Positions 11,215 through 24,100 of a DNA stretch of 64,000 nt are shown here, piece after piece. The DNA is from Podarcis bocagei (Eukaryota), in NCBI GenBank assembly GCA_964188305.1, contig OZ076889.1; one strand, 5' to 3'. The notes under the pieces were generated by a model, which did no database searches, was not told the DNA's origin, and worked only from the letters and a program-made list of their open reading frames with translations. Position 1 is the stretch's first letter. Each line of letters opens with the position of its first letter. The position numbers were made by a program, and so were the translations under genes.

Positions 11215-11511
11215 TCAGTGGCTTAGTCATGCTGGCCACATGACCCAGAAGCTGTATGCCCAGTGGCGTAGCGTGGGGGGTGCAGGGGGGGCCGGCCGCA
11301 CCGGGCGCAACATCTGGGGGTTAGGGTTAGGGGGCGCAAATCCACGGGTTAGGGGACGCAAATTACTTGCCTTGCCCCGGGTGCTGACAACCCACGCTAC
11401 GCCACTGTGTACACCGGCTCCCTTGGCCAATAAAGCAAGATGAGCGCCACAACCCCAGAGTCGGCCACGACTGGACCTAATGGTCAGGAGTCCCTTTACC
11501 TTTACCTTTAC
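11215..11511 (+). mobile_element. Sauria SINE 3' half, interrupted by a hAT MITE
   Basis: 'gcttagtcatgctggccacatgacc...gagatgagcgccacaaccccagagtc' body and (ACCTTT)n tail; same family as 133-475. Confidence 0.8.
11261..11407. mobile_element. 147-bp non-autonomous hAT MITE
   Basis: TIRs CAGTGGCGTAGCGTGGG...CCCACGCTACGCCACTG; degenerate 8-bp TSD tgtatgcc/tgtacacc; near-identical inverted copy at 21030-21198. Confidence 0.85.
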
Positions 11512-12842
11512 GTACTAAAATCATACTTGGAGTGATCCCACTAAAATAATTGAACTTGCATTAGTTATGGCTAATTTATGTCTGCTTGGTTTCAGTGTGT
11601 CTGTTTTACAGTTTAGCAAAATACCACACAGTGTTGCCGAGTATGATTGCAAAAAACAGACTGGTGTTAATTTTCCAAGTTAAAAGGGCATGGTCTTACA
11701 CAAAAATAGCCAGCTGCACCACTTTGTTCTGCTTTCTTCGTGTAACGCAAAGCGCCATGCAAAATTGGTATTGCCGGTGAGCTTTTGGAAATGTCCTAAC
11801 ATCTGTCACTCATTACTAGCCTGTGTCTTACTGCCTATGTTTTCTCTCCCTCTGCACTCAGAGGTGAGGTGTCTCATTCTGTTGGACAGCAGAGACTGCA
11901 AGCAATACTTCCATGCTCTTGATCTCCACTGTTATCACCAACAACACTTGATCTCTCTCCTCCCTTGCATCCCCTTATTCCACCTTGCTGCTAACTGTGT
12001 GCCTTTTGCTGTTCTTTAGGTTTTGTTCCTCCTCCCTATCTTTGGAGTCAAATTTCCACTTTCTGTCCATCACACCACCCTGCTTCAATCCTCCTTAAAA
12101 CCAGCCCCTCCCTTGAAATAATACATGACTGTGCAAAAATTATCTTCCTATAAGACTCTCTTCCCTTTTGCTCATATTTGGCCTTTAATTGCCCTTCTCC
12201 TTTTTAAAATATTTATGTACTACAAGACTGTCCTAATAAAGGCTGCATGCTGCATATTTTAACGCAGGAAGACACTACCCTGAGCAAGGGAAGATTTGCA
12301 GCAGCAGCAGGGGCAGTAGCTATGGTAAATCAGATGTCTTTTTGTGGAACAATCCTGCATTAACTCGTGCCTCTTACAAGATTTATGGTTTCCTTGCATA
12401 AGGCAAGAAAAAGACTATGGAACTATGGACACGGAGCTATGGAAAGGGGCTAGATCCTTAGCACATTTCCCACCTTTAGCAAAGAAGACCCCAGAGTGGA
12501 GTGGGGGCAGGGGGAAGATGAGGAAAGATGCTTCATTTCAATAAAGGATAGCAATTGATTCTTTCTAGCATGGCTAGCAGGTATGCTGACAAATAAGTAA
12601 AAAAACAGGCAAACACATAACTTGCCCTTTGCTTTCTTTCCGGGTTTGAGGGCCTGCTTTTGCATGGGTCTGTGATGAAAAAGGCACTTAAATTATACCA
12701 CTTCACTTTCAAAGTGCAATAGTGAGGAGACGTATAACACAATTACAACAACCACTACAGCAATTCTGATCATTCCTGTATTATGGCACAAGGATGACAC
12801 TGGTGTTCAATATACATATATCTTAACTACTTAAAATACTAC

Positions 12843-12951
12843 CTTGGACATTTCAGGACCTTGCAGTACTTCACAGCCAAAGCCAGGGCCTCCCGGAATT
12901 CATGCTGGCGGCCAGGCACTGCCCCTAAGCCCCTGTCACCGTCTTGGTTTC
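12843..12951 (-). CDS. HYI: HYI exon 2 (GNQDGDRGLGAVPGRQHEFREALALAVKYCKVLKCP)
   Basis: ccccag| acceptor, |gtagt donor; 109 nt; phase-consistent. Confidence 0.94.
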
Positions 12952-12980
12952 CTGGGGAAAGAGCACTAAAATTTACCCAG

Positions 12981-12990
12981 TGTGTGTATG

Positions 12991-13035
<45 letters not shown>
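12981..13035. repeat. (TG)/(TA)n microsatellite
   Basis: Directly visible. Confidence 0.95.
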
Positions 13036-13039
<4 letters not shown>

Positions 13040-13250
13040 CTTGGGTTACATACGCTTCAGGTTACAGACTCCGCTAACCCAGAAATAGTACCTCGGGTTA
13101 AGAACTTTACTTCAGGATGAGAACAGAAATCGTGCAGCGGCGCAGCAGCAGGCGGCCCCATTAGCTAAAGTGGTGCTTCAGGTTAAGAACAGTTTCTGGT
13201 TAAGAACAGACCTCCAGAACGAATTAAGTTCTTAACCCGAGGTACCACTG
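13036..13250. mobile_element. Tc1/mariner (pogo/Tigger-like) MITE, left TIR clipped
   Basis: Right end AACCCGAGGTACCACTG|TA; near-identical to the copy at 37722-37947. Confidence 0.8.

Positions 13251-13252
<2 letters not shown>

Positions 13253-13281
<29 letters not shown>
13253..13281. repeat. (CA)n microsatellite
   Basis: Directly visible. Confidence 0.95.
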
Positions 13282-13899
13282 CAGTTGCAGGGGACAATAG
13301 TAGGAAATAGATGTCTACCATAAATGATACCTGCTGTCCTATATGTCAACTAAGTGCTCCTATGTTTGGGGTCAGGAAGAGGTGAGAGGTACAGAACAAA
13401 CAGCTTTATTTGCTTGGTCTTTGGCAAGCAGAAGGGCAGTCTATAACCTCTACTAGGAATATCTTCGATTGAAACAACCACTGTTTTGAGTGTAAGGGAA
13501 AAGGTCATTCTAGGAGGCAGCAGGGCTTGGGGGCAAGAAAATGGACCCATATCTTCTCTCCAAGCCTGTGAAAGAGACATCCAGTGTACAGTGAAGTGAG
13601 AAGGAGGTGTTGGTCACTATCTTGGGTGCCAAGGTTGATACAGAGAAAGAGGAAAAGAGGTGATGCACTTTGCACCTGCAGGCACCGGTAGCAAGTTTCA
13701 ACTGGTAACAGGTGAGGTCTACAACTTTGTTTTTTTTTTAAAAAAAGGTAAAAGCTGTACAGCAGCAGGCAGAAAAAGAGATTTAGTGTTTCCAGAAAGC
13801 CGCAGAAACTATTAAGCTCTACCTGCTGACTTCTGCCTGCTTGCCTTTTCACCCTTTCCGTGAAAAGCCGACCCCGTTGTAGTAGTGCCTATGGAGGTC

Positions 13900-14550
13900 A
13901 TGGGAGAAGGCTGGGTCCGGGTGGGGAGACCGTATTATGTCTGCGAGGGAAGGGCTCTAGCCACGGGCAACTCGGTCGGGTACCTGGCGGGGCGTTGAGC
14001 AGGACCAGCTCCAGCCTGGCCTTGTCTGCCGCCTCCCGCAGCTCCTCGGCGCTGCAAGCGTAAGGGGCGCCCAACTCCGCCGCTCGGAAGCCGGCCTGCG
14101 CAGCCGCCTCTATGCGCTGCGGCAGCGTCGGCTTCTCCTGGAAGAGCCACGCCAGGTTGGCAGCGAAGCGCAGCGGAGCCATGGCGGACAGCGCAGCGCC
14201 TGTGACACCCAGCAAAGGCCGCGAGAGGAGGGGCGGAGGCGGCGCCCACGCCCCCGGCCGGCAGGGGAGGTGTCCGGGCAACAAGCCCTTGGCGCCCGCT
14301 GCGCGCTGCTGCTCCGCCTCCGAGGAAAGAGGCGCCGCAGCAGGAGGAGAGCTGGAGCGCGGACGCTCGCGCCGCGTGTGAAACAGGCGCAGGGGCCTGC
14401 GGGTCGCAGACTTGCCGCGAGGGGGCGTTCGCGGGCTCTGCGCCGGCTCTCTTGCCCCTCCACCCACCCTGTTTGCATTCTGGTGTGTCCGGAGAACACG
14501 TGTCGCATCGCTCGGCTTCTCTCGACCAGACCGGGGACGGGACGGGACAC
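13900..14550 (-). promoter_or_regulatory. HYI: CpG island / HYI promoter and 5' UTR
   Basis: Very GC- and CpG-rich relative to the CpG-depleted flanks; GC-box-like motifs; spans the start codon. Confidence 0.85.
13984..14182 (-). CDS. HYI: HYI exon 1 (MAPLRFAANLAWLFQEKPTLPQRIEAAAQAGFRAAE...LVLLNAPP)
   Basis: Strong Kozak context gccATGG; |gtacc donor; 199 nt; Hyi N-terminal 'RFAANL..LF' motif. Spliced CDS totals 831 nt = 276 aa + stop. Confidence 0.96.
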
Positions 14551-16733
14551 ATATTTTTTCATATTGTATAAAAACACCTCCTTTGGCACTTCATTTCCTC
14601 TGTCCATACACCAATGTGCACCTCCTTTACTGGAGGCCTACCCTAGATTGCATTACCCCTAGATTCTCACCCTGCTGCTGCCCTAGGAATACTGTATATG
14701 TTCATCATTCCCAGTTTCTGAAGACTTCCCACATGGATGATACTGTTTCCCAAGAATGCATGTTCTTAGGTTCCACCTGCTCTGTCCTGGCTGGTTCTCC
14801 AGGAGCAACATGAGAAGGATGTCACAAAGGCCTATCCAGCCCAGCATCTTGCTTTTCCACAATGGTCCACCAAATGCATTATGACAAGTCCATAAGAACA
14901 ACATGGGCACAACAGTCCCCTCCTGCTGTCGTTCTCTGGCAACTGTTATTTAGAGGCATGGTGCCTCTGATCCTGATGCATATAACCATTGCAACTCCTA
15001 ATCATTTATGGCTTTGTTCTCCGTTAATTTGCTTAATCCCCTTTTAAATCCATCTAATACCTGTATAGTTCTTCTCCTTGCTCAGAAGGTCAACCAATAC
15101 ATGCTTTCCGGCCACAGCTTGCGCAGGAAGGAAAGACACAGCAAGACAGGTGGAGCCACGGAGCTCAAGCAACCAAGCCAAGCCAGGCCCCACAAGGGAA
15201 GGGAAAAGGCAGATCCTTGCCAGAAACTGCTACCCCACAACCCTGCCCTTGACTCCCTTAGGTCTTTTCCCAAATAATGATTCCAAGTCAAGGACATCTC
15301 AGTCACATGGATCTAGAGACTGAACTTAAGTGGGGGTTTTTTGCTCAATACCCTGCAAGAAGATTATACACACCCTCCTAACCATGCACTTTGCAATTCT
15401 TAGCTGCTCTGCGGCACTGCTGTGACCAGCCTCTGCTTTGCATTTTGCACACGGCTCCTCTGTGGCCCGATGCATGCTGTTTGTTTGCTTTGAAGTGATG
15501 TATAATCTGCGCTGATAATTAAAGAACGTCATTCCAGGGTTAGTATTTATTGATACCAATTTAACTCGCCTCATACATCAAACACCAACCATCCATTGAA
15601 ATCCCTGGTGAATTTCTGCATCCCAGAGACCTTGTTTTCATTACCCAGAACTGACAGGAATGACTTTTGGGGCACTGGTTCTTCTGCTTTGCCTGAGGCT
15701 TTGTATAGGCCACCTTTTTCGTCCTTCAGCACAGACAGAAGCAATTGCTGCTGTTCTGGATTAAATGGGGTCTGCAGTAGGGCAGTGTGATGCTTGTTTA
15801 TATTATTATTATTATTATTGCTACATACTATATGTGAGCAAGTCTCTCGGGGTACAGGTTCAGGGCTCTGGAAATTTGGGATGCATTGTATTAGGGAACA
15901 AGTTCAGTTTTTCTAGACTGAATATTTAGTGTAACTAATGTTTGCTGAATCAAGCTCCTGATAGACATAGAGGAGACAGGGACTGTTTCAGTCTCATGAT
16001 AGTCCAAATCACAACCCAGGGGATTTGTGGCACCAGCATAAAATGGCCGTCTAAGCATGGAATTGCCCAAAGACCACACAAATCCTACACACACCTTTGC
16101 ACCTCTTTCTCCTCTCCTCTTTCTGTTCATCTTCTGCTTCTGATTTAACACTTATTCAGGCAACTAGCAGAACTGGAACCCGTCAAAAGAACATAAGGAA
16201 AGCCTGCTGGTTCTAGTCTAGCATCCTGTTTTCACAGTGGCCAACCAGATGCCTGTGGGGGAAACTGCAAGCAGGATCCGAGTGCAAGAGCCCTCTCAGT
16301 AGCTCTGTCATGTCACTGCACCGCTGCAACTGCAGCTGCCTGGGGCTGATGGGAGCTGTAATCCCAAACATCTGGATGGCACTATGTCATCAAAAGCTGG
16401 TCTATAAGGCAAGGCTGTTGGCTCTCTTTACATAAACCAAATCCCCCTCCTTTCCTCTAGAATCAGAAGAATAATTTAACACATGAAAAAGCCCTGCTAG
16501 ATCAAAGCAAAGGTCCATCTGGTCCGGCATCCTGTTTCTCACAGTGTCCAGCTAAATGTCTTCAGGAACCTCACAGGTGGAGCATAAGGAGCCCCCCCCC
16601 CTTGTTGTCATCCCCCCCCCTCAGCATCTGATACTCGGAAGCAGGCAGATTCCGAATAGAACTCCTAATAAAAAATAGCTTTATTTAATTCCTGCCCCTC
16701 CCAATACATATTTGAGATCATACACGTCTTTTG

Positions 16734-17111
16734 CAGGGACGCGGACTTAGAAAAAATATTGGGGGGCCCCGGGAAAGCTCATGAATAATAAATAAGCTCA
16801 TGAATATGCAAATAAAGTGGCTCCGGCCCTAAATAGGGCAAGCCACGCCCCCCAGCCAGCCGATTGGCTGGCTGGGAGGTGTGGCCAGTCGGGATTCCCC
16901 TGTTCTCGCGGGATTTCCGGCCGGGGCTCTCCGATTAGGGCGCGCGGCTGGCTGGCTGGTGAAGGAGCAGGTGGGGAGGAGGAGGCGGGGGACGGCGGCG
17001 GCGCTCTGCTGGAAGGGCGCCCGCCCGAGATTATTGGGGGGGCTGAGCCCCCCCAAAAAATTTTTTGAGGGGGCTCGAGCCCCCTCAAGCCCCATGGAGT
17101 CGGCGCCTATG
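16734..17111. mobile_element. Non-autonomous hAT element with GC-rich interior
   Basis: Perfect 8-bp TSD GTCTTTTG at 16726-16733 and 17112-17119; imperfect TIRs CAGGGACGCGGACT / AGTCGGCGCCTATG. Confidence 0.75.
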
Positions 17112-17921
17112 GTCTTTTGTACCATGCTGTAAACATTTTGGCCTCTTTCACGTCACCTTGCACAGAGCGCCCTCTGGAACGTGTTTCTGAGCATTTTACC
17201 CAAGCCACCTCACTTTAAGCAACCTCTCTTTATACAGTTGACAACTTTGTCAGATACTAGTTCTACGCACCAATTCACTGGCTTTCCTCTTAACTTCTAT
17301 ATATATATGTATTATTAATCTCCACCTGCCTTATGTTTTTTGGGGTTCACTGAGTGAACTTGACGGTGTGAGACATGTAATTATTAAGTGATTTTCCATT
17401 TCAGAGACATCATTTCACAGTTTTGCACATTCATTTCATACATCAGATCATATAAAGCATCACATGTTCTTGAAACTTCATATGCACAACAGTCACTTTC
17501 TATAACCTGAGGCAGGGAATAACCCAGGGTGTTGCTTCAAGCAGGTATTTTGAATTTTTTTGTGAATATCTAGAACAGTATTATGTCACCAAAAAGGGCT
17601 ATAAATAAGGAAGATGCAGTTTATCTAGGCTTCAGCACATAAATCACAGAGAAGGCTACAGAAGGAACTGGTTTACTGGTGAAGAGTCTCCAGCTGTTCA
17701 GAATAAGCTGCAAACAACACTTATGCATACACAGTGTTGTGTGTGTGTGTTTGCTTTCCTTTGTTTCATTAATTAACCATACAGGAAGCCTTTATGGCTT
17801 AGGTCGGCAACTGGCAGCACCCAAGCTCAGTTCAGCTCCTGGACAATTGCCAGTTGGCCCATAGACCCATTTCCTCCCTGTTGTTATTCCTTCCCTCTCA
17901 CTTGGCAGTCTGCTTGCTTGC

Positions 17922-17950
17922 CTGCTGCTGCTGCTGCTGCTGCTGCTGCT
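17922..17950. repeat. (CTG)9 trinucleotide repeat
   Basis: Directly visible; non-coding context. Confidence 0.95.
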
Positions 17951-18069
17951 ACAGCAGCCAAGTTAAAAGCCCGCTCCCAGCATGTGGCAAACAAAAGGAA
18001 GGAGAAAAGCAGGAGAACACAGCAACCATCCATGAAGTTGTCCATTAATTCTGCATTATCCAGAGACAA

Positions 18070-18072
<3 letters not shown>

Positions 18073-18107
<35 letters not shown>

Positions 18108-18118
18108 TGTGTGTGTGT
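18073..18118. repeat. (GT)n microsatellite
   Basis: Directly visible. Confidence 0.95.
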
Positions 18119-21029
18119 CCGTCCCCATGTGGTTAATGGTTAACAGTGACTCAGGCAGTTTCCATACCTTCACCTTCTAGCCTTTTGGAGTAAGCTTTCT
18201 GCCATCATGGAGGATGTAAGCTAGCAGTCCATCCAACCACAAGGGAGAAGGAAAGGCAGAATAAAAGGTGGGGGCATTTTCTATCCAAGGAAAGCATGCT
18301 CTGTCTGCAAGTAAAAGCTTCCTTAGCTAACAGGATTGAGGCCCAGAACTTGCCCCCAGCCATTCCTATCTGCTAATTAAGGCACTGACTTCTGCCATAT
18401 GGCTAGTCTGTTTTCTGTGCATTTTTTGTTTCTCCAGTGCCCTCGGGGAATAAGGACTTTAAATTACACCCTGGGCTTGCCCTCCTTTTCATTGGACATT
18501 GTTTTCTCTTAGCCTGAGCTGAGTAAGCATTGGCAAACAAGCAATCAGCCGTTCTGCTGTTTGTGTTACCCTCAGAGAGGTTAAAGCAATTTCCTTCTTG
18601 ACTTAGGGAGGTTCATTACAACATTGTATGAGGACCCCTGCAGTGATGGGATAACTGCTGTATAATTATGTAACTACCGTAAAAGCTTTGCTGAGATTAG
18701 AATATATTGTTTGAACTGATTTAGTGCACCGGCTATGTTGCTTTCAGCACCACAAAAGGTTGTCCCATTGTTCTCTGATATTAGGCGAAAGCTTGCAAGC
18801 TTGTCAATTTACTGCCAATGAAATAACTCAGAAGCTGTAACAGGAAAGTGTTCCTTAAAATACACTCCAAGGAGGAATGCAACAGCCAGAGAGAAAACGA
18901 GATGAAATGCTGGGCCACTAAATGAGATAATACTGTTTAAAAGAAGCAAAAGGCCAAGTGGAGGCCACGGGGTGAAGGACTGCAATTTAGAGGAAATGCA
19001 CAGTAAAAATATACAGAAATCCAGAGAGGCTAAAGAACTATGAAAAACAATATCTAAATGCACCTGGAGTTAATAAGGAGCTTTTTTTTTTTTTTTTTGC
19101 AACAAGAGAAGGAGGCTTGTTTTCTCCAGATGTCATTGTTGACTAACTCCTTGGCTGCTTTCCCTCAGGCTGGTAGGTGGAAAGGCATAGCACAGCCTCC
19201 CCAAAGACCCACTGGTGCCAGTGAGAGCTCCCCATCTCCATGCCAAGGCTAACAGAGGTATAGGGAGAGGGTGATCTTCTTGGAAATCACAGCTGAGGAA
19301 AGGGTTAAACCTCACCACCACCTGTGGTGTGGCCCCAGCAAAATTACTAAATTTAAAAATCAACCTGGCATGCTTTCCAATGGTGCACTTGACATCCTGT
19401 CTAGTTGACCGTAAGCATTTGGTCCTGCTACAAGTGGACACCCCAGGCTATCTGCTGCCATTGTCTTGGCCACACCCACTGCTGGTGTGCAGTCCCACCT
19501 CCCAGGAATGGCCAAGAGGCAGGGCAGCCCTCAAGCCCATCCTCATACGGATAGACCTGTTAGGAACATTTGCAGAATTTTGCCTCACTGTAGAGTGCGG
19601 GAATAGATCTGCTCCCCAGGGGAGCTGCAATTCAGGGCACCAGGTTGGCAAAGGCTAGGATAGATGGCCTTTGGTTTCTTCCAAGCCCTGTATTTCTTTC
19701 TGTGCGAGGGGCACCTGCCCACAAACCCTCCACAGTGGTTTGATTTTAAATACAGCAGGCTCTGCTTCCTTGCTGTCGCCCATTCAAGCCAATCTTCTGG
19801 AAGGAAATGAAAAGGGCCTAAGGCTGTACTCATTAGTGGGGCTAGACCACCTCGGCTGCCCCCTGGCACTAATTATACCACTGTGTACTAGGAGATGCTG
19901 CAGCTCAGCCGTACCCATCAGAGATGCGGAGGGTGAGAAGCACCGAAACAGTCCAGCTCTCTCTTCTCCTGCTCATTACAGTAACACTGGCATGACAGCC
20001 AAGCGGGGAGGGGGTGGAGACAGCACAGCGCTCAACTGGGTCTCCAGGGCACCTGGCTAATCCATGGCATCTAGTTCTGTCTTTAGTAATAGGCAGCAGC
20101 CCATAAATGCCAGCTCTCCAATTAGTCCTGGCCCCTGGCCCCATCACTAAGGAGGATCTCCTTCAAACCGGTACGGGACAAACAAACAAAATCATTTGGC
20201 TCAGAGGGAGAAAATCTCACAGAGCAGATGAGAGAGAACCCAGGGCTGCTTTGTTGGGGATGACAAAACGGGATGGGAATCCCCCCTTCATATGTTCCTG
20301 AGCTCTGCAGAGGTTGAGAGCAAAGCCCCAAGTTCCTCTAGCCCCAGCCCCCAAGGGTTGCTTTTCATGTTACTTCTGAAGATGCAGCTGTGCTTCCCTG
20401 AGCAAATGTCTGCAGATGGGTGCAAAGGTTATGCAGTACAGTATCTGAGTCTTAGTTAAGACCTGTGAAGGGCAAGACTCTGCCAGTTGTCCTGCATTTT
20501 GCAGATGTGGCTTCTCAGGTAGCTGTGGGCATGTCTTGGGTTTCTCAGTTGAGTGAAGCAGCACTACTGCAGCAGCACCACAGTAAGACCACCACTAGCA
20601 ACTGGGAACACCTGGAAGTCTTGGGAAAATGTCTCACTGGGTAAAGGGACCCCACCCTCTTTGAACTGCACTTAAGCCAGGCTGGTGTGGCCCCCTTGGA
20701 GGACACTAGCAGCTGGGAAGGTGAGGTAAGATTGCAAGATTAAGCAAACCATCTAAGAAATTAACTTTTTGTGTTTAGAAAAGTGATGGGAAATACATGA
20801 ACGAACAAGTAACGGGAAAGGCATATGAATGATCTGCATGTAAATCAGGATGAATGCTTACTGCCATGAAACTGCTCCGCAAACAAATTGGAAGAAACAT
20901 TCAATAACGACCAGATAGAAGCTAACCTCCGCATAACCTTTTGCACAAGCAAATCAGGATGGATGTTCAGTAAACAGGTCGTCAGAAGGAGACTTTAGAG
21001 GGTGGAGCTAAGAAGAAAGGTATCGAAAC

Positions 21030-21198
21030 CAGTGGCGTAGCGTGGGTTGTCAGCACCCGGGGCAAGGCAAGTAATTTGCGCCCCCTAACCCATGGATTTG
21101 CGCCCCGTAACCCGTGGATTTGCGCCCCCTAACCCTAACCCCCAGATGTTGCGCCCGGTGCGGCCGGCCCCCCCTGCACCCCCCACGCTACGCCACTG
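21030..21198. mobile_element. 169-bp non-autonomous hAT MITE (same family as 11261, opposite orientation)
   Basis: 17-bp perfect TIRs; perfect 8-bp TSD ATCGAAAC at 21022-21029 and 21199-21206. Confidence 0.9.
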
Positions 21199-24100
21199 AT
21201 CGAAACAGGAAGAAGCAAGAAGGCAAGAGTTAGACTTGGGAGGCATTGGATTCAGAAACAAGGCGAAAATGAAGAAAAACAGGGTAACAAACCTAGTGGT
21301 TTGGTGGGAAAGTTGGGTAAAGAAGGGAGTGAGTCAGCCAAGGGCCAGGAAGGTCAAAAACATGGAGGAAGGAGCTGGATATTGTTTTTGTGGAGATGTT
21401 AAGGAAGGTAGGAGAGGATAAATGCATTGGGAGGACATTCTTTCCTCCCATTCATCTCATCCTACCAGGTGCTTAAGAAGGTTGAGGATTGTGTGCAGCC
21501 TTGGACTTGCCTGAAGAATGTATGCTGTGTTGAGCATTGGTGGGCCCACTGACTGACCTCTGAGCTTCAGTGAGTGCCCCTTTGGCAACTGCTAGAACTA
21601 GCCAAACTTCAGGTGACGTGAACTAAGTAGGACAAGTGGGCAGACCCAAGTTTTCAGTGCAGCCTATATTTTATTATAAGCAAAGGAGTTTGTCCCATGT
21701 GGGGTACTGGAGGAGTGAATCACATTGCAAGGAATTGCATTTCCACAAAAAGTGGCCAGGTGTTAGCCAGATGTATCCAAAGAGGTGTATTAATTAGTTT
21801 CCTGGGGAGCTAGTCCATAACAGCTCATTAATGGAGAAAGTGTTTGCTCTTTTCAGTTAGACACTGCATATTTTATCGTAAATGAAGTGTCTCAGATGAC
21901 ACAGAAGTAAAATAACTAAATTTGCCCAGATGCACAAACACACACAAACTAATGTCTGTTGATATGTAACTAAGCAAGTTCTGGGGCTGCATAGATAGCT
22001 GTAGATCATCTTTCATCAAACATTTTCCTATACTGATATTAACCCCAGTGGCTGGGGTGAGGTGAGGTGAGGCGAGGATTGTAATTTTAAAATGTCCTGT
22101 TCCTTTGAAATGGCACATTTAAAAAGTCAAACACTAGAAGTGAAACACTCCCCCTCCTTCACATAAATGTCAATGCCCGCATTGGAAAATATAGCATTAG
22201 ATCTAGCCCTAATGCCATTTGTGTTGAACAAGGTTATGTACTGATGCAAATATGCTTTGTCACTTCAGATAAATGGTAGCCTAATCAGAAATAATGTGAA
22301 ATATGTGACACAATGCATTGAAGAGTAGGCCTGCAAATTGCAGTGATGACCTAAGAAAAGGAGGATCTTGTGTCAAACAGTGTTAAGCCCTAGATCCCTT
22401 CATGCTCAGAAATTAGGACTTCCCATTCAGAGCTCCTGTTCTGCAAAGGCAGAGCAACAGAAGCAAGTGGCTGTGCCCTGAACTCCAAAAGGAAAAGAAA
22501 GATGCGTGGCTTGAAGATCTTGCAGATGTGATTCTAGGGAAAGTTTCTGTTGTATGGTCACTGGTGTGTGTGTGTGTCTAAGAGATAGCATGGCTGGCTA
22601 CCTCTGATGTCATGTTGCCTTAATCAACCTCAAGGTAAACAGTGCTGGGTTGGAAATCACAATCATGCAGTCTGATGTCCTCCAATGTATCAGGATGTGA
22701 AAGCCATGTCTGGCTTTGATGGTACAAGGAGCATCTCATTAAAATTGTGAGACCTTTTCTCTAACCCTCACCAAATTTCTCTGGCTAATAAATGGACCTT
22801 GAAAAGCAATATTGTCAGCAGTAGAAGCTAATGTTCAGAATGAGAATCTTTCAGGACCAAGCCAAAGGAATCACCTCTCTCCATTTTTCACTAAAGGATC
22901 CTCACTGGATGAAGAGAACTCTATCACTATAAAATAATTAGGGGGGGGGGGTCAGTGGGGATTTAAAAGAGCTTGGATAAACTGTCCAGCCACACTATCC
23001 TTCCTCCTTTTAAACCAAAATGACTTTATTCCTCCTCTCAGAAAAAGAAAATCTGCTCAAGCCTTGCTTTCTGCTTTTGAACTTGGACTGAAGCCCATGA
23101 CCGACCTTCATGATCCCAATGGCCTCTTCTGCTGCATAAGCAGTTTTCTACAGGTGAGTGACTTGGGTCAATGTGTGCAAGGGGATTAAAAAACAAGAGC
23201 CAGTGGGCTATCCATTAAAGAGCTGCAACTCAATTAAGGCTATTGATTAATCAATGAGCGCAAGCATGACTCCACTCCTCAGCAATAACAAAAATCTTGG
23301 CTAGTGATGGACAGCTGCAAATTATAGAAAGAGGAGCTGGTTTTCAGGGCAGACCATGAATGGTGGTAAAGGGGGTCTGCTGAAGATCACCAAGGGTCTA
23401 GTTAGCCAGACATGAGCTTGTCAGGCCTACTACTACTGACGCCAATGATTCTCACTTCCCTTTTATTCCAAAACAATTACAACTTTTCAGATTGTTGCCT
23501 GGGATGAAGAGCTAGAAATGCAACCTTTTCCTCAACTCTGTGAAGAGTAAAGTTGCCAGATGCAGAACCTGAACTGGTTCAGGTATCTGCATAGGCAAAG
23601 CATACATTTAAAAAATAATAATAATGTGGTTTTTAAGAATTACTCAGGTCCAGTCTTTTGCATTACAGCCTTGTAGTAACAAGGGAAACCAGAGCTATTG
23701 GAATTTCCCATTTACTGCTTTAAAATATTGGAACCCTCCAGCAAGCTTGGTCGCTAAGGAGATCTACAGGTTTCAGGCTGCAGGTTCATTGATATATGGT
23801 CATCCATGCAAATCCACACCTTCAATGGCATATTTATTCTATGGTGATGGGTTTTCCTCAGGCTCTGGATTGTGTTGAGTTTTGGCAGGATGATAGATAC
23901 ACATCAGGCAGAAGAGAATCCATTGCAATTCCACCCCCCACCCCCCAAATTCAGTGTTGGGCTGTACTTTTCTTTCCGTAGTTTGATAGGTGAAAACAAG
24001 CAAATTCACAAGCAGAGCTAACTATGCTGTCATCAGGTCAATGAGCAATCTGGTGCAATGTTTTGTCAAAAGTATTTTTTAGAATTTGTGCTTAGAAATC

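Noticed and set aside
13898-14467. 189-aa ORF extending HYI N-terminally, plus overlapping ORFs in other frames
   Set aside because: It starts at GTG in a CpG island where stops are rare. The ATG at 14182 has a strong Kozak context and matches the HYI N-terminus.
17854-18136. Poly-Cys/poly-Ala ORFs, and the poly-Leu ORF at 39679-39933
   Set aside because: Translations of microsatellites.
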